From a bacterium (GTDB taxonomy: Bacteria > UBA8248), in contig OZ241326.1 of the NCBI GenBank assembly GCA_965199855.1, positions 2,016,001 through 2,080,000 of the forward strand: 64,000 nt of DNA, given 5' to 3'. Below the pieces are notes generated by a model, which saw nothing but the letters and a program-made list of their open reading frames with translations, ran no database searches and had not been told where the DNA came from. Shown piece by piece: positions 1 through 8,760 of this stretch (positions within the stretch are counted from its first letter, which is position 1; the number at the start of each line of letters is the position of its first letter). The position numbers were made by a program, and so were the translations under genes.

Positions 1-745
1 CGCCGGCGGGAAAACGCCCGGTCGCGACCTGACCTCTTTTCTCATCAACGACTCGTTGCTGGTGGAGGGCGGCTCGGCCGCATCCGGCCTCGCCATTGAG
101 GAGCAGGCCGCCCTTGCCGGCGTCGTCATATCCCACGCGCATCTGGATCATATCGCGGAGCTGCCCTACGTAGCCGAGAACATTTTCGGGCTGCGGGAAG
201 ATTCCCTGCCCGTCATCGGCGCGGCGGACGTCCTGAACCAGGTGCGCGAGTCCATCTTCAACGACGCCGTCTGGCCGGATTTTTCAGCCATCCGTCAGGA
301 GAACAAGCCCACGCCGATACTCGATTTCGTCACCATTGAGGAGAACGAAACCCAATCGCGCGGCGGCATCCGCATCACCCCCCGCGCGGTCGCCCACAAG
401 ACGACCGCTTTCGGCTTCATTTTCGAGGACGCCGAAAGCGCGCTGCTCTACACCGGCGATACGGGGCCGACGAAAGCCATCTGGGAGAAAGGCCGAGAGG
501 CGGAGAACTTGCGCGCGATCATCACCGAGGTGTCTTTTCCCGACAAGATGGAGGAGCTCGCGCGTCTCACCATGCACATGACGCCCGCCATTCTCCGGGC
601 GGAGATGGAAAAAATGCCGCCCGATGTTCCCGTCTATCTCTATCACTTCAAGGCGCAGTGGCGCGAGGAGATCATTAGAGAAATCGAGGCGCTGAACGAG
701 CCGAGAATCCAGGCGCTGGAGCAGGGCCGGACCTATGATTTATGA
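1..745 (+). CDS. Metallo-beta-lactamase fold hydrolase, class II cAMP phosphodiesterase-like (5' truncated by window edge)
   Basis: Frame open from base 2 (GGKTPGRDLTSFLIND...); SHAHLDHI HxHxDH motif, YTGDTGP, EVSFP, HMTP, YHFK metal-ligand motifs. Confidence 0.8.
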   Translation, partial: AGGKTPGRDLTSFLINDSLLVEGGSAASGLAIEEQAALAGVVISHAHLDHIAELPYVAENIFGLREDSLPVIGAADVLNQVRESIFNDAVWPDFSAIRQENKPTPILDFVTIEENETQSRGGIRITPRAVAHKTTAFGFIFEDAESALLYTGDTGPTKAIWEKGREAENLRAIITEVSFPDKMEELARLTMHMTPAILRAEMEKMPPDVPVYLYHFKAQWREEIIREIEALNEPRIQALEQGRTYDL

Positions 746-906
746 TTCGTCGCCTCTGATGAACGACGCTCGCCGGGTTCCCCAGGAACGGCGAGGAGGC
801 CAACGATTCAGAGGAGCGCGAGAAAACTCCCGGGTTAACCGTCCTGAAAAATTTCATCTTCTGGGACGCTTCTCTGAAAACCACGCAGGAACAAAGGAGA
901 AACTCG

Positions 907-1152
907 TTGGAAGACATCAAGGCGCGAAGAGAACACAGCCGCTTGATGGCCGAAAGAATCAGCCGCATTCTGGCCGGAGACATTTCGGGCGTCGATGCGG
1001 ACATCCGCTACAGCTACCAGGACAGGAGTTTCCGGCTCTGGTGGGGAACGCGGGGAGACCCGGACACCACGGCCCACATCACATTCGAGCAAATCTCCAC
1101 GCTAAACGACGAGGAATTGCGTCAGGTCATCCGCTCATCCGTCATCGGCTAG
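907..1152 (+). CDS. Small hypothetical protein (81 aa)
   Basis: AAGGAG RBS upstream of TTG; protein-like composition; fills an intergenic gap. Confidence 0.6.
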   Translation: MEDIKARREHSRLMAERISRILAGDISGVDADIRYSYQDRSFRLWWGTRGDPDTTAHITFEQISTLNDEELRQVIRSSVIG

Positions 1153-1318
1153 GAAGCGCGGCATCGGAACGGGGCCGTCAGGGATGTGGGCGCGACCGAC
1201 GTTTTTTCCGCAAGATTCCCCGTCGAGGCCGGCGCCCGCTCCTTAGCCATGCCCATCCGCCTCGCTTAACCGGGTTGATAAGATAACACTCCCAAGCGGT
1301 CGCCAGACTTTTCCGGGG

Positions 1319-2203
1319 TCAAGAAATGTTGGCCAGTTCCTTGTAAATCCGAAATATCGAGCTCCCATCCTCATGCTGCCTGCCCTTGCTCCTCTGAGCC
1401 ATGTAGAGGTGTTCCAGCAGGCCGCCGAGCGGCACGGGCACGTCGAGGTCCTTGGCGGACTCGATGGCGCATTCGAGGTCTTTCAGGACAATCCATATCG
1501 GGCCCGATTCGGGAAAATTGCCGGCCAGCATATCTTCGCCCCGAACATCGAGGACGTTCGATCCCGCGGCGCCCGAGCAAAGCGTCTCCAGCATGACGTC
1601 CGCCGAGATGCCCGCCTTCAGGCCGAGCGTGAGGCCCTCGCTCGCCCCCGCCATGTTGATGAACAGCACCAGGTTCACCACCAGCTTCAGCTGGGCGGCG
1701 AGCCCGTTCTGCTCGCTCACGAAAATCGTCTTTTTCCCGATGGCGTCGAAGGCGGGCTTCGCCTTCTCGAAAGCGGCCCTGGGGCCGGCCGACATCACAA
1801 CCAGGTCCTTCACGGCGGCCTGCTTGCCCACCCCGCTCACCGGACAATCGAGCCAGTGGACGCCCCGCTCGCCCGTCTTTTCCGCCATGGCCCTGGAAAA
1901 CTTCGGGGGAACCGTGCTCATGTCGGCGATGACGCCTCCGGAGGGCATCCCTTCCAGCGCGCCGCCTTCCCCCAGCACCGCCTCCTCCACGACCTTGTAG
2001 TTCGGGAGCGAAGTCATCACCAGGTCGGCGCCGCGCGCGGCGTCCGCAGGCGAGGAGGCGCGGCGCAGGCTTTTTCCCTTGAACTTCTCATACATCGCGT
2101 CGATCGGATCGTAGCCCGCCACCTCCATTCCGGCGTCCAGCATGTGGCCCGAAAACGCCCCGCCCATGACGCCCAGACCCACCACTCCCACTTTCATGCT
2201 CAC
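1319..2203 (-). CDS. NAD(P)-dependent beta-hydroxyacid dehydrogenase (3-hydroxyisobutyrate dehydrogenase / tartronate semialdehyde reductase family)
   Basis: VGVVGLGVMG Rossmann motif, DMSTV, DCPVSG, catalytic KLVVN. Confidence 0.9.
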   Translation of the reverse strand: MSMKVGVVGLGVMGGAFSGHMLDAGMEVAGYDPIDAMYEKFKGKSLRRASSPADAARGADLVMTSLPNYKVVEEAVLGEGGALEGMPSGGVIADMSTVPPKFSRAMAEKTGERGVHWLDCPVSGVGKQAAVKDLVVMSAGPRAAFEKAKPAFDAIGKKTIFVSEQNGLAAQLKLVVNLVLFINMAGASEGLTLGLKAGISADVMLETLCSGAAGSNVLDVRGEDMLAGNFPESGPIWIVLKDLECAIESAKDLDVPVPLGGLLEHLYMAQRSKGRQHEDGSSIFRIYKELANIS

Positions 2204-2511
2204 GTCTCAGGCTCCTTTTGAATGCGGCGGCGAGAGAGAGAGAAAGCATCCCTCCCCGGCCAATATCACAAACAAACGCGCCCTCGCATACCCGGCGAAG
2301 CGCCATCCTCACGCGCCGCCCAAGCGCGCTCCTGTCCGAAAAGCCTCTCAGGGGGTCGGAAGCGGCGCAACGTTCAGCGTGTTCCGCCCTTCGCCGAATC
2401 AATAATTCTTCCGAGCGTCCATTTTCCCTCGAAACAACCCGCCCGGCGTTTCTCAGCGCCCGAAAGTTGCGCTACTATCCCGGCGTCACGCGAACGGAGG
2501 AGGAAATCGCC

Positions 2512-3117
2512 GTGCCCAGACCTGAAGCGTCATCCTTTGAAGGAATCCAGCATGTCGCCGTCAAGGTTTCCAACCTCGATGAATCGCTCAGGTTCTACAC
2601 CGAAATTCTCGGCTTCACCCTCACGGAACGCCACGACCCCGGCGAGCATCCCGGCCTCGCCGTAGGTCTCTGCTTCCTGCGGTGCGGCGCGCTTCATCAC
2701 GATTTGAACCTAGTATATCACATGGGCGAGCAACCCGCGCTCGCGCGCCTCAAGACCGGGGATCAGGGCCCCGTCAGGGATTTGGGGCTGCACCATTTTG
2801 CGCTTCGGGTGAAGGATCGGGCGGCGTTTCTCGCCTGGCAGGAATGGCTCGGCGAGTGCGGCGTCGAATTCGTGCGCGGCCCCCTCGTGCACAGTCCCAC
2901 CCATCCGGAGGGCGACGGCACCTGGAGAGAAAACCGCGCCATGTATTTCTGCGACCCCGACGGCCACCGCATCGAGATATTCTGCGACCTTGCCGAGATG
3001 GACGAGGCCAACGGCGTCGAAGCGGGATGGTATGAGAACCGCCTTCGCCGGGAGGGAATCGACCCCGCCTCCCATCCTCCGGTCGGCCCCCACCCGACGG
3101 GACGCCTCGCCGGCTGA
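2512..3117 (+). CDS. VOC/glyoxalase family protein
   Basis: GGAGGAGG RBS then GTG at 2512; IQHVAVKVSNLDESLRFYTEILGF, GLHHFAL, YFCDPDGHRIEI. Confidence 0.85.
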   Translation: MPRPEASSFEGIQHVAVKVSNLDESLRFYTEILGFTLTERHDPGEHPGLAVGLCFLRCGALHHDLNLVYHMGEQPALARLKTGDQGPVRDLGLHHFALRVKDRAAFLAWQEWLGECGVEFVRGPLVHSPTHPEGDGTWRENRAMYFCDPDGHRIEIFCDLAEMDEANGVEAGWYENRLRREGIDPASHPPVGPHPTGRLAG

Positions 3118-3156
3118 GCGGCCGCGCGGCGCGCGCGCTTTCATGGACGCGACGAC

Positions 3157-4920
3157 TTGAGCTGGAAAAGTTTTCGCATACGGCTCCTCGGCTGGCTGCT
3201 ACACTTCGACTTCTCCGATGACGGCATCTTCTATTTCACCACCATCATCGTGGGGGCGATCGCCGGCCTCGTCGCCGTCCTCTTTCACCTCGCCCTTGGC
3301 TGGACGCATCTGCTCCTTTTCGGCTCGCACGATCTTTCCGCGATTCACCGGTCCTGGCATTTGGTGGTGCTGATTCCCGCCGGGGGCGCCTTTCTCTCCG
3401 GCCTCTTCCTTCAATACCTCGCGCCCGAGGCGCGGGGCAGCGGCATTCCCCAGACGAAGATCGCCTACGTCGCGCGCAACGGCCACATCGAGAAGCGCGT
3501 GTGGATGGGAAAATTTCTCATCGGAGCGCTCAACATCGGCTCGGGGTCGAGCCTGGGGCGCGAAGGCCCCACCGTGCAGATTTGCGCGGGCGCGGCGAGC
3601 TGGATCGGCGAGACGTTCTCTCTTAAGAGGCAGCGCGTGCAGGCGCTCGTCCCCGTGGGCTGCGCCGCCGCCCTGGCCGCCGCGTTCAACACGCCGATAG
3701 CGGCCGTCACCTTCACGCTCGAGGAACTGGTGGGCGATCTGAACGCGCGGGTGCTCGGCTCCATCGTGTTCGCGGCGGTCTCCGCCTCCGTCGTCTCGCG
3801 CGCCATCCTCGGCAACGAGCCCGTGTTCTCCGTGCCGGCTTACTCGCTGAACAGCCCGGCGGAGCTGCTGCTCTACGCCGTGGTGGGCGTGGTCTGCGCG
3901 CTCACCGGCGTGGCGTTCATCAAGGGACTGCTTTTCACGCGGGCGCGCTGGAAGCGCCTGCGGGGATTTCGGTCGGTTCTCGTCACGGGGCTGGGCGGTC
4001 TGGCGGTCGGAATCATCGGCATCCGGTTTCCCGAAGTTTTCGCGGTGGGCTATCCCGCCGTGAGCAAGGCGCTCACGAACAGCTACGCCCTGCCCCTTCT
4101 CCTCGCCCTGCTGCTGCTCAAGCTCGCCGCCACCATGATCTCCTACGGCACCGGCTCCTCGGGCGGCATCTTCGCGCCCACCCTGTTCCTGGGCGCGATG
4201 GCCGGAGGCGCGGTGGCCTCTCTGGCCGAGATCGCCTTCCCCGGCTTCGCGGCGCATCCGGGGGGATACGCGCTCGTCGGCATGGGCGCGGCGTTCGCGG
4301 CCATCATCCGCGCGCCCATGACCTCGGTGCTCATCATCTTCGAGCTCACGCAGGACTACAACATCATCCTTGCGCTCATGGCGGCCAACGCCATCTCCCT
4401 GGGGCTGGCGAAATACCTGCACCCCGAGCCGATCTACAGCGCGCTCTCCTCGCAGGACGGCGTCGCTCTGCCCGACTACGAGACCGAACACCTCCTGCAC
4501 GAGATTCACGTATCCGACGCCATGACAGGGGAGGTCGTCGCCCTTCCTGCGGACATCACGATAGCGGAGGCGATAGAGCGAACGAGGGGGAGCGAAATAT
4601 CGGGCTTTCCCGTCCTCGACGCGCGCGGAAAGCTCTGCGGCATGGCGAGCAACTACGACTTCTGCCAGGCGCAGGCCGCAGACATCTTGGGTGAGAGCGT
4701 CATGAGGATTGCGAAGAAGAAATACATCATGCACGCTCACCCTGACCAATCGCTCGATTCGGTGATGGCGAAGCTGGGCGACAGGCGCATCTCGCGGCTG
4801 CCCGTCGTGAGCCGGGAAGACCCGACCGAACTGCTGGGCATCATCACCGCTCAGGACGTCATCCACGCCTTCGGCAAGGTATGGCGCGAGCAGGAGCACC
4901 ACCGGCACGATTCCGGCTAG
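3157..4920 (+). CDS. ClC-family chloride/proton antiporter with C-terminal CBS pair
   Basis: GSGIP, GREGPT (gating Glu), FTLEEL, GGIFAP signatures; tandem CBS domains. Confidence 0.92.
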   Translation: MSWKSFRIRLLGWLLHFDFSDDGIFYFTTIIVGAIAGLVAVLFHLALGWTHLLLFGSHDLSAIHRSWHLVVLIPAGGAFLSGLFLQYLAPEARGSGIPQTKIAYVARNGHIEKRVWMGKFLIGALNIGSGSSLGREGPTVQICAGAASWIGETFSLKRQRVQALVPVGCAAALAAAFNTPIAAVTFTLEELVGDLNARVLGSIVFAAVSASVVSRAILGNEPVFSVPAYSLNSPAELLLYAVVGVVCALTGVAFIKGLLFTRARWKRLRGFRSVLVTGLGGLAVGIIGIRFPEVFAVGYPAVSKALTNSYALPLLLALLLLKLAATMISYGTGSSGGIFAPTLFLGAMAGGAVASLAEIAFPGFAAHPGGYALVGMGAAFAAIIRAPMTSVLIIFELTQDYNIILALMAANAISLGLAKYLHPEPIYSALSSQDGVALPDYETEHLLHEIHVSDAMTGEVVALPADITIAEAIERTRGSEISGFPVLDARGKLCGMASNYDFCQAQAADILGESVMRIAKKKYIMHAHPDQSLDSVMAKLGDRRISRLPVVSREDPTELLGIITAQDVIHAFGKVWREQEHHRHDSG

Positions 4921-5075
4921 GGGCGCCGTTCTTCCGGAGCCTGCCGGACAAGGCGTAGCGGCTTTCGGTTTCCCAAGGGCGCGGGGATGAAGAGAAAGGC
5001 CAGGAGGCTCGCGCCCGGGCGAGCCCGCGCGCCAAAAGGGCGCGAAACCGGAAAGAGGAGGCCGGAACCACTCCG

Positions 5076-5762
5076 ATGAACGCGCGAAACCCGGCCTCCC
5101 TGCCCCCGAACGGCCAGCCTCTCTGGCTCAAAAAAATTTTTCGGGCGGGCTTTCGGCTCGCCTACGGCGGCGTTGAGGTTCATGGAATGAGCGGCGTGCC
5201 GGCCGAGGGGCCCCTGATCGTCGCCTCGAACCACCGCAGCTACCTCGACCCCGTCATCCTCGCCTCCTTCCTGCCGAGGCGTGTGTATCACATGGCGAAG
5301 CGCGAACTCTTCGCCAACCCTCTGTTCGCCAGGCTCATCACCTTCTTCGGCGCCTTCCCGGTGGACAGGGAAACCGCGCGCGCCAGCACCTTCCGCGCGG
5401 CGCTCCGCCTTTTGAGGCTCGACGGAGCGGTGGTGATATTCCCGGAAGGCGGCATCGTGAACTCCACCGCCGGGGCGGAGCTGAAGGAAGGCGTCGGGAT
5501 GCTCGCCTCCATGAGCCGCGCCCCCGTGCTTCCGGTCTACGTCGCGGGGTCGAACTCGCTGATCAGCCCGAGGGGAATCCTGAACCCGTGGCTCGTCATC
5601 CGGGCGGGCGAGGTGATTCCGCCGGCGGAGAGGGGCGGAAGGGAAGCCCGTCAAAAGCTGGCGCAGAGCGTCGCCTGCGCGCTCGAGAAACTGGAGAGGG
5701 ATTTCCTAGCCGCGCAAAAAGAGAAGAAAGAAGCGAGAGGGCGCAAGAGCCGGGACGCCTGA
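5076..5762 (+). CDS. plsC: 1-acyl-sn-glycerol-3-phosphate acyltransferase
   Basis: NHRSYLD (NHxxxxD), FPVDR and IFPEG motifs. Confidence 0.85.
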   Translation: MNARNPASLPPNGQPLWLKKIFRAGFRLAYGGVEVHGMSGVPAEGPLIVASNHRSYLDPVILASFLPRRVYHMAKRELFANPLFARLITFFGAFPVDRETARASTFRAALRLLRLDGAVVIFPEGGIVNSTAGAELKEGVGMLASMSRAPVLPVYVAGSNSLISPRGILNPWLVIRAGEVIPPAERGGREARQKLAQSVACALEKLERDFLAAQKEKKEARGRKSRDA

Positions 5763-5910
5763 GATTTTCCGCCCCCGGGGACTCTCCCATATCGCCCCGG
5801 ATGAAAACGGACGCGCGCGCCGCTCTCACCGCCCGGGTGAAAAGCGCGAAAAAACGAGCCGCCCGCCCGCAAGGAAGCGGACGGGCGGCTCCGTGAAGCC
5901 GTCCTTTAAC

Positions 5911-7203
5911 CTAGAAGCTATACTGAATGCCCAGCTGGGCGCGGGTGGCCTCGCCCTCCTGGTCGTCGTTGGTCTCGCGCCAGCCCTTGATGAGCTCCAG
6001 GCCGACCCGCAATTTGGGAGCGGGAGACCACCAGAAGTTGGCGTGGAGCGTCCGGAGCTCCGCATGATCGCCCGCGAACATCTTCTTGGCGCTTTCGTCG
6101 TAGTCGTGCTCGACCCAGCCGTAGTAGAGGCCCGACCCCACGCTGGCGCTCCACTTGTGCGTGAGTCCGAAAAATCCGCCCACCGAACCCACGGCCGTCA
6201 ACTCGTCCTCGTCGTCCAGCGTGGCGGCGGGTCCCCCGCCGATCAGATACCCCGCCAGCCCGCCTTTGCCGATGTTGAAGGTCGCCAGCAACTTGGTGGA
6301 GTCGAGCAGTTTGACGTGCCCGCCGACGTGCAGGCCGTAAATGGACAGATTGTCCTCGGCATCGCCCTCGTTGTAGCGGACTTCTCCCAACATGCCGCTC
6401 ACGTTGACGGCGCCCCAGGAGGGCCGAAAGCGCAGGGCCGCCAGAAAGTTCGGCAGGCGGTCCTGAGAGGACGCATTCTCCTCGCTTTTCCGGATCGTCG
6501 GGCCTCCCGGATCTTCAATCGCGACCTGACCGGTGACGCTCTTCCCCATCGACCAGGTGTAGCGCAGTTGTGACCGTCGGGAGGAGACCACGCCCACCGG
6601 CCCCCCGAAATCGACCGTGTCGGCGTAGGTGTCCTCATCCTGGAAAATCGACCAGTTTCGGCCGGCGAGCACGGGGCCCAGCGAGCCGTAGGCGTGGCGC
6701 AGGCGAAAAGGAGCGCCGCTGTTGTAGTAGAAATCGCCCTCTATCCGGGTTTTCAGGTCGCCCGCGTCCGTCTTCGTCAGGCTGTCGAAGCGAATGCGGG
6801 ACTGCCTGGCGTGAAAGGAGGTTTTCGGCCGATCATCCACGCCTTTCAGCGGAAAATCGCTGTACGCCTCAAAGGAATCGCCCAAATCCGTGTTGAAGTC
6901 GTGGATCGCGTCGAACTTCACGTAGCCGCTGAAGGAGACCGACGTGTTGGTGCCCGGCATTTTCCAGGAACCCGGAAAATCGCCAGTCGCCAGCGCCTTC
7001 TTCGAGTCCTCCGCCAGCTTCTTCTGCGCGGCGTCCATCTTCTTTTCATTGGCTTCCAGCTGCTCGATCCGCTTCATGAGCTTCTGGACCTGCTTCTTCA
7101 GGTCGTCGATTTCGCTCGCCCCGGCCGGCGCCGCGCAAATCGCCAGCGCCGCCGCCAGGCCCAGGATCGCGGCTCCGACGCGACCTTTCCGGCTTCTCTT
7201 CAT
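5911..7203 (-). CDS. DcaP-family trimeric outer-membrane porin with N-terminal coiled coil
   Basis: Signal peptide, coiled coil EIDDLKKQVQKLMKRIEQLE, FSGYVKFD, ARQSRIRF, RLRHAYG, terminal YSF. Confidence 0.8.
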   Translation of the reverse strand: MKRSRKGRVGAAILGLAAALAICAAPAGASEIDDLKKQVQKLMKRIEQLEANEKKMDAAQKKLAEDSKKALATGDFPGSWKMPGTNTSVSFSGYVKFDAIHDFNTDLGDSFEAYSDFPLKGVDDRPKTSFHARQSRIRFDSLTKTDAGDLKTRIEGDFYYNSGAPFRLRHAYGSLGPVLAGRNWSIFQDEDTYADTVDFGGPVGVVSSRRSQLRYTWSMGKSVTGQVAIEDPGGPTIRKSEENASSQDRLPNFLAALRFRPSWGAVNVSGMLGEVRYNEGDAEDNLSIYGLHVGGHVKLLDSTKLLATFNIGKGGLAGYLIGGGPAATLDDEDELTAVGSVGGFFGLTHKWSASVGSGLYYGWVEHDYDESAKKMFAGDHAELRTLHANFWWSPAPKLRVGLELIKGWRETNDDQEGEATRAQLGIQYSF

Positions 7204-7870
7204 CCTCTCTACCCCCCTCGTGAGAAAATCGAATACAGCGGACGGACATCGAATCCGGGAAAACCTATCACAAGCCGAAGAAGCGCGCAAGGACGGCGGC
7301 CATTCCCGCAGGAAGAGGAGACGGCCCGCCCCGGACGACGGGCTTGACGGAACGCTCCATTACCCCCCTGTCGCGCAGTGAACCCCGCTGATGGGCATGG
7401 TTCAGGGAGCGCGGAACTTGATTTTGACGAACTCGGCCGCCCGAAGCGCGTTCAGAAACGGCAACGCGATCGCCGCCGCGCCGAGTCCCATAGCTCCCGC
7501 CTTATTCATTCGTCCCCCCCCGCCCCCGGCGAGAAAATCTTTTCCGCGCCGGCCGGCTGCCTCTTCTTCATTTTCCCGCTCTCCCCCGTCCGGGAGGCCG
7601 GACGGCGCGGCCCTGAAAAGTGAAGCGCGAAAATCATTCCTGACGAGGCTGGAATATAAGAGGCGTTCATTACCGGCGTCTTGCGATTCGGTTAAATTGC
7701 CGCTTCGGTTTCGTTTCCTTCAAGTTTCGGGAATTCCCCGTCCCATGAGCGTTTTGCGCGAGGGCAGCCTCTCGCTCCCGGGAAGCGGCGGAGTGAAGAT
7801 GTCCCGCGCGCGCCCTCGGCGAAGACGCTTCCGTGCCCTCCCTGAGCCGGCGGTTCGCGCGCCGGGCGCC

Positions 7871-8740
7871 TCAGGACGCGCCCAGCGCCTTGAGGATGGT
7901 CCGTCGCACCAGGACGGGCGTTATCTCTCTCCTGTAGTCGCCGCTCGCGCGAATGTCGCTCAGAGGATCGAGGTCGTCCAGCGCGCCCGAAAGCGCGGCG
8001 TCGATGTTCTCGCGGTTCAGCTTCACGCCGCCGAGCACCTCCTCCGCCGCCGTGAGGCGTCTGAACACCGCCTCCACGCCGCCCAGGCCGATTCTCACCT
8101 CTTTCGCCGTCTCGCCGTCCTCTTCGGTGAGCGCGGCGACGGAGACGGACGCGCAGGGCTTGTCCTCCTTCGAGCGCGTGGTGAAGCGCGTGCAGGCCGC
8201 GCGGAAGCCGTCGGGCAGCGGATCGACCTCGATTTCGCACAAGAGCTCCCCTTCCTCCAGGGCGCACTCGTAATATCCCGTCCAGAACTCCGTCGCGGGA
8301 ATCACCCGCTCCCCGCCGTCCGCCTTCCGGGTCTTCATGCGCGCCTCATAAACCAGAAACGCGCCGGGCGGATCGGACGCGGGCTCGGCGAAGCAGAGGT
8401 TTCCGCCCACCGTCCCCTGGTTCCGGATGCGAATCGTCGCCACGTTGCGGAAAATTTCCGCGAGCAGCGGGAAGCGCTCCCGAACGATCGGGGAAGTCTC
8501 GATCCTGCGGTGCACCGTCATCGCCCCGATGCGGATGCCGCCGCTTTCGCTCTCTGCGATGAAGTCGAGCTCCCCCGCCGCCCCCGCGATGTCTATCAGC
8601 ACTTCGGGCTCATAGACGCGCGACTTCATGAGGATAGAGAGGGCGACGCCGCCGGCATACACTTTTCCGTCGTCGCCGTGCTCCTTCATGGCGGCGAGCG
8701 TCTCCTCCACGCTGTTCGCGGGCAGATGTCGAAAAGCCAT
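7871..8740 (-). CDS. Xanthine dehydrogenase/CoxM-family FAD-binding subunit
   Basis: AGG motif, IRNQGTVGGNL, DIRASGDYRR. Confidence 0.9.
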   Translation of the reverse strand: MAFRHLPANSVEETLAAMKEHGDDGKVYAGGVALSILMKSRVYEPEVLIDIAGAAGELDFIAESESGGIRIGAMTVHRRIETSPIVRERFPLLAEIFRNVATIRIRNQGTVGGNLCFAEPASDPPGAFLVYEARMKTRKADGGERVIPATEFWTGYYECALEEGELLCEIEVDPLPDGFRAACTRFTTRSKEDKPCASVSVAALTEEDGETAKEVRIGLGGVEAVFRRLTAAEEVLGGVKLNRENIDAALSGALDDLDPLSDIRASGDYRREITPVLVRRTILKALGAS

Positions 8741-8760
8741 TTTCTCTCCCCCTCTCCTCG

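Noticed and set aside
756-826. CTGATGA...GAAA hammerhead ribozyme core
   Set aside because: Stems II and III cannot be formed directly against the core nucleotides.
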